Positions 1-8,837 of a stretch of DNA of 64,000 bases are shown one piece after another. The stretch covers positions 12,182 to 76,181 of the forward strand of contig CAZBQH010000200.1 of assembly GCA_964493915.1 (NCBI GenBank). Direction: 5' to 3'. Below the pieces are notes generated by a model. That model saw nothing but the letters and a program-made list of their open reading frames with translations. It had not been told where the DNA came from and searched no databases. The translations under genes and the position numbers were made by a program. Origin of the DNA: an uncultured Nitrospiraceae bacterium (GTDB lineage Bacteria; Hydrogenedentota; Hydrogenedentia; Hydrogenedentales; SLHB01). Within the stretch, counting starts at the first letter, position 1; every line of letters starts with the position of its first letter.

Positions 1-763
1 CCTCCGATCCGTAGATCTCGAATCCTGTGAAGCCTGGTTTGCTCGTCCAGCCTACCTCGATATAGCCGAGCGCGCCGCTCTTGAACTCGAGCATCAGTAT
101 GGCATTATCGTCTACCTCGATTTTCTTCATGAGCGTCTTGGCTTGTGCGTCAACGCGTGCAATAGGGCCGAGCAACCATAGGCACAGATCAATTGCATGA
201 ATGCCCATATCGAGCATAGCGCCGCCGCGGGCCATTTCTTTCTTATAGAACCAGTCCGATTTCGCCCAGCCGGGGTACGGCCCGCCATGCGCAAATCGCA
301 CACGAATCATGAAAGGTTTGCCGATCTGCTTTTTTTCGAGCATTTCCTTGCACCGGGCCGGTCCCTCCATGAAGCGGTGCGTAAAGCCGATCATGAGCTT
401 TTTACGGGTCTTCCGGGCCGCGGCAATCATGCGATCGGCCTCTACAATGCTCGTAGACATGGGCTTTTCACAAAGCACGTCACAGCCCACTTCGAGCGCA
501 TCGATAGTCTGTTGGGCGTGGTGCTTGTTTGGCGTACAAATGCTGACCACGTCCAGTCTTTCCTTGTTGAGCATCTCCTGATGGGTCTTGTATCCCTTCA
601 TATGGGGATAACGTTCCGACATCTCAGCGTGTCGCGCCTTGACCGGGTCGGCGAACGCCGCAAGCTCTACATTTGCATTGCGGGCATATCCCGGAAGATG
701 GCAGTGCTGCGCGATGGCCCCCGCTCCAATGACACCGACCCTGTATGTTTTTCCGTCGGCCAT
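1..763 (-). CDS. Gfo/Idh/MocA family oxidoreductase (C-terminal end beyond window edge)
   Basis: Not in the ORF track because the frame runs off the 5' edge of the window. Reverse-complement of 721-780 reads ggtaggagaaccgaaccATGgccgacggaaaaacatacagggtcggtgtcattggagcgggg = RBS + MADGKTYRVGVIGAG (Rossmann N-terminus typical of the family). The frame stays open to position 1 (…GWTSKPGFTGFEIYGSE). Confidence 0.6.
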   Translation of the reverse strand, partial: MADGKTYRVGVIGAGAIAQHCHLPGYARNANVELAAFADPVKARHAEMSERYPHMKGYKTHQEMLNKERLDVVSICTPNKHHAQQTIDALEVGCDVLCEKPMSTSIVEADRMIAAARKTRKKLMIGFTHRFMEGPARCKEMLEKKQIGKPFMIRVRFAHGGPYPGWAKSDWFYKKEMARGGAMLDMGIHAIDLCLWLLGPIARVDAQAKTLMKKIEVDDNAILMLEFKSGALGYIEVGWTSKPGFTGFEIYGSE

Positions 764-1123
764 GGTTCGGTTCTCCTACCCAATCTTGCGTGGTCCCCTC
801 AAAGTTGGGCCAGTCTACTAGGACCCCGATTTCGCTTCAAGTGCCTTGAAACGCAGCGTCCTTGGACTTGCTCAGCGTTGCTTTGTCCACGACAGAGTAT
901 CCTCGTCTTTGCGGTAGGGACTGCGCACGAGTCCCCAAGAAGGCTATCTATGCGTTGCGCGGGTGTGGAGTGCACCAATCCCCTTAAGCCAATGAAGGCG
1001 CTGCAGAATCAGCGGACAAAAGAAACGCGCCGCTCCTTTCGCTTTACTTCTTGCGCTTGAGGAAAAAACATCAACCGCGATGTCAGGGGCCGCGCTCCAC
1101 CCGCAGTCCGTGGGCCTGTCCTC

Positions 1124-2974
1124 TTAGAAGAGATCCGGTATCTTTGTCATGTCCACCTCGGGAGTTTCTGACACGGCTTCCTCGGGTTCCCGCGCCGGAA
1201 TGTGGTCGCCTGTTATCATCTCGCGGTAACCCATGCCGGGACCAACCATGGGGTAGACTTCTGCGTTCGGGTCGATCATGACTTCGAGGAACGCGGGACC
1301 TTGATAGGCAATCAACTCGCGCAACGCCGCGGGGATGTGGGCCTTGTCCGTAACACGCCTGGCGAACAGGAAGCCGTCGGCTTGGGCTGCTTTCACAAAG
1401 TCCTTTTTGTGAAGCGATTTGTCCGTGCCGGAGAACCGCTCCCCGAAATAGAGGTGCTGCCACTGGCGCACCATGCCGTCGCCCAGATTGTTTAAGAGGA
1501 CAATCTTGACAGGGACGCCGTAAGTGGTGACGGTTTCGAGTTCGCCGAGGTTCATTCGCATGCTGCCGTCGCCGTCAATGTTAACTACCAATCTGTCCGG
1601 GCAGGCCAGTTGCGCGCCGATGGCCGACGGCAGACCAAACCCCATGGTTCCCATACTGCCGGAGGTGATCCAGGAACGCGGGTGTCTGAAGTCGAAAAAC
1701 TGCGCTGCCCACATCTGATGCTGACCCACGCCTGTGCTCACAATTGCGTCGCCCTTGGTCAGCTTGTTAAGCTCGTCAATAACGTACTGGGGCTGGATCA
1801 GGTTGCTGTTCCGATCGTAGTTCATCGCGTGCTTTTTCTTGAGCTCTTTTACAGCCTCCACCCATGGGCCAAAGTCCTTTCGGAACTCCTTGCCGCCGCT
1901 GAGCAAGCTCTTGAGTGCCTTCTTGGCGTCCCCCACATGGGCCCAGTCCGCGGCTTTAACCTTCCCGATCTCTGCGGCGTCGATGTCTATGTGGGCAGTG
2001 TACTTGGCTTTCGACGCAAACTCCGAGACTTTTCCTGCAACGCGGTCGTCGAACCTTGCGCCGACGGCAATCAAAAAATCGCAGTCCTCAACAGCATAAT
2101 TGGCATAAGCCGTGCCGTGCATCCCCAGCATGTGAAGGCAGAGGTCGTCCTGGGTATCCATGCTGCCGATTCCTGTCAGCGTGGTTACGACGGGGATCTG
2201 GTGCTCATGGGAAAATGCCCGCAATTCCTCTGCTGCGCCGCTTGCAATAATGCCGCCTCCAGCGTAAATGAGCGGGCGGTCCGACTCGCGGAGCATCCGG
2301 TAAAAGGAAGCCACTTCGTCCCGCGTCAGGCGTGCTTCTTCGATGGCGGCGACCCGCTGATTCCATCCATGGAATTCGAGAAGACCTTCCCCCTGAAAGG
2401 TGCCCACCCAGTTCTGCATATCCTTTGGGAAATCTATCACGACCGGACCCGGCCGGCCCCGCCGCGCGATCTCAAAGGCTGTTCGAATGGTTTGCTCGAG
2501 TTCTTCCCCCTTTGAAATCAGGAAAACATGTTTTGCACAGGCGCTCATTATGTTGTAAACGGGCGCCTCCTGGAAAGCGTCTGAACCAATGGCTGCACGC
2601 GGAACTTGGCCGCAGATAAGCACTACAGGGATTGAATCCGCCATGGAATCCCGGATGGGCGTCACACTGTTGGTAGCGCCCGGACCGGAGGTAACCATGA
2701 AAACGCCTACCTTGCCGCTCGCACGCGCGTAACCTGCCGCCATAAAGCCGGCCCCTTGCTCGTTTGCCGGTACGACAAGGCGAATCTGATCCTTCTTCTC
2801 GCGCGACTGATTAAAACGGAAAATGGCGTCATATGTCGGTAGAATGGCGCCGCCGCTGTAGCCGAAAATCGTGTCCACCCCCTCGTCTGCAAGCACCTGC
2901 ATAGCCATCTCCGCGCCGCTCATCTGCTGTCCGGCGAGCTGGTGCTTGTGTTTCTTGCCTGCGGTCATCAACAT
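1124..2974 (-). CDS. ilvB: acetolactate synthase (AHAS) large catalytic subunit-like thiamine-pyrophosphate enzyme
   Basis: 616-aa ORF with AHAS hallmarks: FGYSGGAILP, VTSGPGATN, GSDAFQE, GTMGFGLPSAIGA, NIDGDGSMRMN. A GAGGAG RBS sits directly upstream of the ATG ATG at 2974/2968. No ilvN small-subunit gene lies downstream within 360 bp. Confidence 0.75.
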   Translation of the reverse strand: MLMTAGKKHKHQLAGQQMSGAEMAMQVLADEGVDTIFGYSGGAILPTYDAIFRFNQSREKKDQIRLVVPANEQGAGFMAAGYARASGKVGVFMVTSGPGATNSVTPIRDSMADSIPVVLICGQVPRAAIGSDAFQEAPVYNIMSACAKHVFLISKGEELEQTIRTAFEIARRGRPGPVVIDFPKDMQNWVGTFQGEGLLEFHGWNQRVAAIEEARLTRDEVASFYRMLRESDRPLIYAGGGIIASGAAEELRAFSHEHQIPVVTTLTGIGSMDTQDDLCLHMLGMHGTAYANYAVEDCDFLIAVGARFDDRVAGKVSEFASKAKYTAHIDIDAAEIGKVKAADWAHVGDAKKALKSLLSGGKEFRKDFGPWVEAVKELKKKHAMNYDRNSNLIQPQYVIDELNKLTKGDAIVSTGVGQHQMWAAQFFDFRHPRSWITSGSMGTMGFGLPSAIGAQLACPDRLVVNIDGDGSMRMNLGELETVTTYGVPVKIVLLNNLGDGMVRQWQHLYFGERFSGTDKSLHKKDFVKAAQADGFLFARRVTDKAHIPAALRELIAYQGPAFLEVMIDPNAEVYPMVGPGMGYREMITGDHIPAREPEEAVSETPEVDMTKIPDLF

Positions 2975-3334
2975 CTCCTCGATCTGTCAACGGGGTTCAA
3001 TGATTGGGTCATGGTACGGAAACAATCTCGTATCGGCGCCGAACCAATACGTGAGAATGCCTGAAAAGGCTCAAAAAAGTAAAACAAAGGGTAAACTGGC
3101 CGCCCCATCTCTGTCAATTCCTTGTGTCCTGGCGTTTTCAGTCTAGAATGAACACAACTCACACAAATAGGAATGCGCTCTAGGGGTGTGGGCACATGAA
3201 TTGCCCGCCGCCATCCCCTGCCACTTGCTGGTCACGCATCTCCTGGGCGCACGTGTTGTGTTCGAACACGCTCGTGAAGACGGACCTTTCCTCGCTTTCT
3301 TGGGGCCATTGTTTGCAAATTGCGCATAGAGAAG

Positions 3335-3363
3335 TTGACGTCGGTTTTACATAGTTCTATGAT
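3335..3363 (+). promoter_or_regulatory. sigma70-like promoter candidate upstream of comM (TTGACG-17 nt-TATGAT)
   Basis: TTGACG at 3335-3340, a 17-nt spacer, TATGAT at 3358-3363, about 60 nt upstream of the comM ATG in a lower-GC intergenic stretch. Confidence 0.3.
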
Positions 3364-3421
3364 GCAGCCTTAACCTGAGGGGGTACACGTAAATGCCTAG
3401 TACAAAAGAGATTCTGGCGCC

Positions 3422-4957
3422 ATGCTAGCTCGAGTCCATGCCAGCGCCGTCATCGGAATTGACGGCTTTCCTCTCGCCGTCGAGGTCGACAATTATCCCG
3501 GCTCCGTTCAGTTCACTATGGTCGGATTGCCCGACCTTGCCGTGAAAGAAAGCAGGGAACGCGTCTCTTCAGCCATCAAGAACTCGGGTTTTCGCTACCC
3601 CCGGGGGGTAGTCGTGGTAAACCTCGCACCCGCGGATATGCGCAAGGTCGGGAGCGCCCTCGATCTTCCGATAGCAATGGGGCTTCTCGTAGCGAGCGGA
3701 CAGTTGGACGGTACCCGGCTTACCGAATACGGCTTGATTGGCGAATTGGCCCTGGACGGCTCCATTCGCCCTATAGCAGGTTCTCTTTCGATGGGCATCG
3801 CCTTGTGCAACCAAGGCCTGAGGGGCCTGGTTCTGCCCACGGCGAACGCGGAGGAGGCCGGCGTCGCACCGCAGGTCGAGATCATCCCCGTTGCGACCTT
3901 GAGCCAGGCCGCAGCCTTTATGGCTGGACGCGAGGATATCGAGCCTTTCCGGACGGATGTTACGGCTGTCTTCGCAGATGCGCGGCGCTCGATGCCGGAC
4001 CTGTCGGAGGTCAAGGGCCAGGCCCATGTCAAACGGGCGCTGACTGTGGCCGCAGCGGGAGGACATCACCTCTTGATGATTGGTCCGCCGGGCACAGGCA
4101 AGACCATGCTCGCATCGCGTCTGCCGGGCATCCTCCCGGACATGACATTCGAGGAAGCCCTGGAGACTACCCGCATTTACAGTATCGCGAATGGCGTTTC
4201 GGGCGCCCGCTCCCTGGTGGTTCAGAGGCCTTTTCGCGCCCCCCACCACACTGCGACGACGGTCTCGATATGCGGCGGCGGGACGGGCGGCCAGCCCACG
4301 CCCGGCGAAGTCAGCCTTGCCCATAACGGCGTGCTTTTTCTCGATGAGTTGCCTGAATTCTCACGCAGCAGCCTCGAAGTTCTTCGTCAACCCCTCGAAG
4401 AAGGCTTGGTCCACATTCGCCGGGCCATGTACAGCGTCACGTTGCCCAGCAGATTCATGCTGGTTGTGGCCATGAATCCATGCCCCTGCGGCTACAGAAC
4501 GGACCCGCGCCGCCAGTGCCACTGCTCGGTGGGGGAAGTTCAGCGGTATCTGCGCAAGCTGTCGGGCCCTCTGCTTGACCGCATCGATCTGCACGTCGAT
4601 GTGCCGGCCTTGAGCTTCGGCGAATTGACTGACAGCCGGCCTGGCGCGCCCACGAGCGCGGAGGTTCGCCAAGTAGTTCAAGCGACCCGAGACCTCCAAC
4701 GCAGGCGCTACGGGAATACGTATGGGTGCAACGGGGTCCTTGACGCGAAAGGTGTGCGAAAGTACTGCACCACCACGCCCAGCGCCCAGAAACTCCTCGA
4801 GCAGGCGATTGACCATCTTGGATTCAGTGCCCGCGCTTACGACAAGGTGCTCCGCGTTTCGCGCACCATTGCTGATCTCGAAGAGTCGGAAACAATCGCC
4901 GAGCAGCATGTTGCGGAGGCTATCCAGTACCGGTCGATCGACCGGGAGCTGTTCTGA
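3422..4957 (+). CDS. comM: YifB/ComM family Mg-chelatase-like AAA+ ATPase
   Basis: 511 aa. The N-terminus MLARVHASAVIGIDGFPLAVEVD is a typical ComM start. Walker A is GPPGTGKTM; the C-terminal Mg-chelatase subunit ChlI-like region is present. Confidence 0.85.
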   Translation: MLARVHASAVIGIDGFPLAVEVDNYPGSVQFTMVGLPDLAVKESRERVSSAIKNSGFRYPRGVVVVNLAPADMRKVGSALDLPIAMGLLVASGQLDGTRLTEYGLIGELALDGSIRPIAGSLSMGIALCNQGLRGLVLPTANAEEAGVAPQVEIIPVATLSQAAAFMAGREDIEPFRTDVTAVFADARRSMPDLSEVKGQAHVKRALTVAAAGGHHLLMIGPPGTGKTMLASRLPGILPDMTFEEALETTRIYSIANGVSGARSLVVQRPFRAPHHTATTVSICGGGTGGQPTPGEVSLAHNGVLFLDELPEFSRSSLEVLRQPLEEGLVHIRRAMYSVTLPSRFMLVVAMNPCPCGYRTDPRRQCHCSVGEVQRYLRKLSGPLLDRIDLHVDVPALSFGELTDSRPGAPTSAEVRQVVQATRDLQRRRYGNTYGCNGVLDAKGVRKYCTTTPSAQKLLEQAIDHLGFSARAYDKVLRVSRTIADLEESETIAEQHVAEAIQYRSIDRELF

Positions 4958-5144
4958 GATGTTGCCGGATCTCGATCCCAAAGAGGGGAGGACGTTCTCT
5001 GGCCAAGGTGGACCTTGGTAAAAAGGTGAGAGGATACTACAAGGCGCTGCTGCACACGACGGCGAGCATGGACGTGGGGAGCATGCGTTTGCGGCCCGCG
5101 CTTTCGCCCGAGTCCGCCTCGCTGATCAATCTGTCGCTTGCGTA

Positions 5145-5174
5145 TTGCAACCTTTTTCACAGCTTAGGCATAAT
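5145..5174 (+). promoter_or_regulatory. promoter candidate upstream of the exbB operon (TTGCAA-18 nt-CATAAT)
   Basis: AT-rich stretch in the 337-bp intergenic region. TTGCAA at 5145-5150, CATAAT at 5169-5174. The RBS GAAGGAG precedes the ATG at 5294. Confidence 0.25.
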
Positions 5175-5293
5175 AGGTCTGAAAAAACCTCCTATGTTTT
5201 GACACCCATACGTAGTGGTCAGCGGATCGCCGTCGCGCGCACCCGCGTGAGGTTTGGATTGTTGCAATATGACTGTATGAAGGAGCTTGGCGC

Positions 5294-6058
5294 ATGCATT
5301 GGACCTTTTTGATGCGTTGCGTGGCTGTACTTTTGATGCTGGGCGTCAGCGCCGCAGCTTCGGCGCAGGAACAGGGCGCCCCCAGCGATTCCGGATCGGC
5401 TGGGCCGTCCGCCGTTTCTCCCGCAAAAACAGCGGAGCAGATGACCATGAAGCAGATGCTTCAGCAGGGTGGGTTTATCTTGTGGACTATCATTCTTCTG
5501 AGCGTTGTCGCTTTGGGAATGGCCATCTACCTTTTCCTGACACTGACCCCGGCCCGTGAAGCGCCCGAGAGCTTTCTCCGCCGTGCCGTAGCGCAGATTC
5601 GCGCCGGCGATTTGCGCGGCGCCTATCAAATGTGCGAAGGACGCGACGAGCTGTTGGCGAATGTGCTCCGCTCGGGCCTTAGAATGTCCGGCCACGAACG
5701 TTATGTGGTCCAGGAAGCCATGGAAAGCGAGGGCGAGCGGGGCGCAACAGCCCTCTGGCAGAGAATCTCGTACTTGAACAACATCGGCGTGATCGCTCCC
5801 ATGCTGGGATTGCTGGGGACGGTTTGGGGCATGATTCAGGCTTTTGGGGGCATCGCTTACGATGACTCGCAAGTCAAAGGGATCATGATAGCGGCGGGTG
5901 TCGCCCAAGCGATGATTACGACCGTTGCGGGGCTTTCACTGGCCATTCCAGCCATGCTTGTGTACTTTTACCTGCGTGGCCGCGTGGTGAAGATCATTGC
6001 CGAAGTCGAGGCGCAATCGAGCGAACTTGTTGAATTGCTCACACGGAATGAAGGCTGA
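5294..6058 (+). CDS. MotA/TolQ/ExbB proton-channel family protein (with N-terminal signal peptide)
   Basis: 254 aa. A signal-peptide-like N-terminus is followed by the ExbB/TolQ core with three TM segments (…GVIAPMLGLLGTVWGMIQAF…). Its stop overlaps the exbD start (TGATG). Confidence 0.8.
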   Translation: MHWTFLMRCVAVLLMLGVSAAASAQEQGAPSDSGSAGPSAVSPAKTAEQMTMKQMLQQGGFILWTIILLSVVALGMAIYLFLTLTPAREAPESFLRRAVAQIRAGDLRGAYQMCEGRDELLANVLRSGLRMSGHERYVVQEAMESEGERGATALWQRISYLNNIGVIAPMLGLLGTVWGMIQAFGGIAYDDSQVKGIMIAAGVAQAMITTVAGLSLAIPAMLVYFYLRGRVVKIIAEVEAQSSELVELLTRNEG

Positions 6059-6486
6059 TGCGATTTGGACACCGCGGCCCAACGGAGGCCGAAAACATCC
6101 CCTTGGCGCCCCTCATTGATATTGTGTTCCTGACCTTGGTCTTTTTTATGACCACCTCCGTCTTTTCGACCCTCGAAAGCGAGATTGATATTACCTTGCC
6201 CACTGCGGACAGCGCCGTCCAGACGGAGCGCTCGCGGGGCGAAATCTATATCAACGTGCGCCAAGACGGCCAGATCGTGCTCAACAATCGCGAGCTCACC
6301 ATCGATGAGTTGCAGGATGTTCTGAACCGCGTAGCGGCCTTGGTGCCGGGCGGCGCAGTGATTGTGCGGGGTGACGAGAAGGCGATGCTGGGCCGTATTG
6401 TCGCTATTCTGGACTGCTGCCGGAAAGCCGACATCCAGAACGTGAAGTTCGCTGCGCTTAGAGCAGCCCCGGAAGACACGGAGTGA
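6058..6486 (+). CDS. ExbD/TolR biopolymer transport protein
   Basis: 142 aa. The N-terminal motif PLIDIVFLTLVFFM is typical of ExbD/TolR. A single TM is followed by a periplasmic domain. Confidence 0.8.
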   Translation: MRFGHRGPTEAENIPLAPLIDIVFLTLVFFMTTSVFSTLESEIDITLPTADSAVQTERSRGEIYINVRQDGQIVLNNRELTIDELQDVLNRVAALVPGGAVIVRGDEKAMLGRIVAILDCCRKADIQNVKFAALRAAPEDTE

Positions 6487-6487
6487 T

Positions 6488-8833
6488 ATGCAAGCACTGC
6501 GCTTTGGAATCGCCGTATCGTGTATCTTGCTTGCAGTGCAGAACCCGGCGATTGCCCAGGCGTCCTCGCCGGAACAGGACCAGTTTGACTTTGCGAGCGC
6601 TCTCTTCCAACACGGTTTTTTCGACCTGGCGGCCCAGGAATTCCACAGTTACATCGAGCATTTCCCTGACAGTCCGCAAATCCAGACCGCCCTGTACCGT
6701 CTTGGCGAGTCCGAATACGCTCTGAAAAACTACGAGGCCGCGCTTTCCGCTTTCTCGAAAGTGCTCGAGTTGAATGTCGGCCCGGAGACCCGGCAGCGGT
6801 CGCTCCTGCGAAAAGGCGAGATTCTCTACCGGCTTGCCAGGCACGCCGAGGCAGCGGCAACGCTCGAGCACGTGACAGGGGCTGAAGTCGATCCTGAGAT
6901 ACGCAGCGGCGCCTTGTACTATCTCGGCAGGGCTTTTCTCGATGCAGGCGATAGCGCGCGAGCGGCCCAGGCCCTCGATACGCTGATCGAGGCGCTACCC
7001 GACAGTCCTCTCGTGCCTTACGCACGGTATCAACTGGCGTTTGCGAAGCTTGCGCTTGGCGAATCCGAGGCAGCTGCCCTTCAATTCTCAGAGGTCGCTT
7101 CGTCCAATGCCGAGGCGGCCCTGTGCATCGCGGCGCGTTTCCGTGCGGCGGAAACCTACGACAAGATTGGCTGGTACGATGCAGCCGCCCTCGCCTATAA
7201 ACAATTGCTCGACGAGTCTCCCGAGAGTTCCTATGCGCAGCGTGCCCTGTATGGCTATGCGTGGGCGTTGTACCGGGGTGGCAAGTTCTCGGAAGCGGCG
7301 GAAGCAGCAGCCGGCTATCTAAGCAAGTATCCCGACGCCCCTGAGGCAACCGGCACGCTGTACCTGCAAGCGAATTGCCTTCAGGAGTTGAAGCGCTATC
7401 CCGAGGCGCTGGCCCTTTACCAAAAGGTCCGGGAGAAGCAGCCGGATTCTGAATTCGCAGTGCGCGCCGCGCATCAGACGGCCTGGACCCTCTACTTCAG
7501 CGGGGATGCCACCGAGGCAAAACGACTGGCGACGGCCTTTCTAAAAGACTATAAAGAAAACAAACTTGTGGGAGACGCGGCTTTCTTGCTTGGCACAATC
7601 CTCATCGACGAGGGCAACTACAGCGACGCCTACGATGCGTTCCGGCTGGTGGCGGAGAAGTATCCGGAGAGCAAATTCGGACCCGAAGCCCTGTACAAAG
7701 CAGGGGAATGCCTTGCCCAGATGGGACGCACCGGCGAGGCTGCCGAGCTTTTCGAGAATTTCGTGAAAGCCTATCCGTCCAATCCTCTTGCAGAGGAGGC
7801 TATGCTTCGTGCAGCAGACGCGGAATTCTTCTCGGCCGCTTTCGACGATGCCATCGCCAAGTACAAGCAAGTGCTCGAGTCGAGTCCCGATCCACAGGTG
7901 GAGCGCGATACACTCCATCGGCTCGCGGCAACTTACCACAACAAGCGCGATTTCAAGGCCAGTGCGGCAGTATTTCAGACGCTGCTGGAAAAGTTCCCAG
8001 AGAGCCCCTATGTGGCTGAAGCCCATTTCCGCATTGCCGAATTCCAGTTGCGGGAACAACAGGCGCCGGTGCCAGCGATTGAATCCTACCAGAAAGCGTA
8101 TGACTTGGACTCCTCAGGCCCCTTTGCAGGCAGGGCGGTTAAAGGCCTTGGCCTGGCCCGATACGAAACGAAGGACTACGATGGAGCAGCCGAGCATTTC
8201 CTGAAAGTGATAAGGGAATTTCCGTCCGTATCGCTTAATGAAGAGGCCTATGCATGGCTTGGCCAGCGGCTCTATGACCAGCAACGTTGGAACGACGCAG
8301 CTATTGCATTCGGCGCACTCCTGAAGACCAGCCCGAACTACCCGAATCCGGAGAGGGTACAGTTCAAGATAGCCCAATGCAGCGAGCAAGCCGGCGAGCT
8401 TGATACCGCTCTCAAACGCTATAGCGAGGTAGCGGCGACTGCCCCGCTAAGCGCCTCCGCCGTCGAGGCGCGCTTCCGCATGGCCAAAATATACGAGGCG
8501 CAGAATAAGGCCGACGAGGCCATGAGGCTTTACGAGCAAGCCGCCAGCACGAACACGGGCGACATTGCGGCGCGTGCCCGTTTCAGGCTCGCCGAGCTGT
8601 ACGAACAGAAGGGCGACTTCGAGCAAGCGGCAAAGAGCTATATCCTTGTCGCCATACTCTTTTTGCATCAGGAGTTGTCCCCGGAGGCATACTGGCGTGC
8701 GGGCCAGTGTTTTGAGAAGATGCAATCCGTCGACTCCGCGGTAAAGGCCTATCGTGAGCTTGTTGCGGAGTTTCCCGACAGCGCTCAGGCAGCCAATGCT
8801 GCGCAGCGCCTCGCCGAACTGAACAAGGGTTGA
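6488..8833 (+). CDS. tetratricopeptide (TPR) repeat protein, secreted/periplasmic
   Basis: 781 aa. Signal peptide MQALRFGIAVSCILLAVQNPAIAQA. Repeated 34-aa A/Y/L-rich TPR-like units run through the whole length. Its start is 2 nt after the exbD stop. Confidence 0.75.
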   Translation: MQALRFGIAVSCILLAVQNPAIAQASSPEQDQFDFASALFQHGFFDLAAQEFHSYIEHFPDSPQIQTALYRLGESEYALKNYEAALSAFSKVLELNVGPETRQRSLLRKGEILYRLARHAEAAATLEHVTGAEVDPEIRSGALYYLGRAFLDAGDSARAAQALDTLIEALPDSPLVPYARYQLAFAKLALGESEAAALQFSEVASSNAEAALCIAARFRAAETYDKIGWYDAAALAYKQLLDESPESSYAQRALYGYAWALYRGGKFSEAAEAAAGYLSKYPDAPEATGTLYLQANCLQELKRYPEALALYQKVREKQPDSEFAVRAAHQTAWTLYFSGDATEAKRLATAFLKDYKENKLVGDAAFLLGTILIDEGNYSDAYDAFRLVAEKYPESKFGPEALYKAGECLAQMGRTGEAAELFENFVKAYPSNPLAEEAMLRAADAEFFSAAFDDAIAKYKQVLESSPDPQVERDTLHRLAATYHNKRDFKASAAVFQTLLEKFPESPYVAEAHFRIAEFQLREQQAPVPAIESYQKAYDLDSSGPFAGRAVKGLGLARYETKDYDGAAEHFLKVIREFPSVSLNEEAYAWLGQRLYDQQRWNDAAIAFGALLKTSPNYPNPERVQFKIAQCSEQAGELDTALKRYSEVAATAPLSASAVEARFRMAKIYEAQNKADEAMRLYEQAASTNTGDIAARARFRLAELYEQKGDFEQAAKSYILVAILFLHQELSPEAYWRAGQCFEKMQSVDSAVKAYRELVAEFPDSAQAANAAQRLAELNKG

Positions 8834-8837
8834 CAGC

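Noticed and set aside
197-1060. 287-aa plus-strand ORF (and the nested 309..581 and 639..821 ORFs)
   Set aside because: It lies antisense to a well-supported minus-strand Gfo/Idh/MocA gene that has an RBS and a Rossmann N-terminus. The translation is Arg/Ser/Pro-rich junk typical of shadow ORFs in high-GC DNA.
1610-2515. 301-aa plus-strand ORF inside the ilvB region
   Set aside because: Antisense shadow of the AHAS gene, whose translation shows the full set of AHAS motifs.
5008-5202. 64-aa ORF (GTG start) in the comM-exbB intergenic region
   Set aside because: No RBS or motif. It overlaps the AT-rich promoter-like region of the exbB operon and ends in rare codons (AGA, ATA, TTA). Insufficient support for a real small protein.
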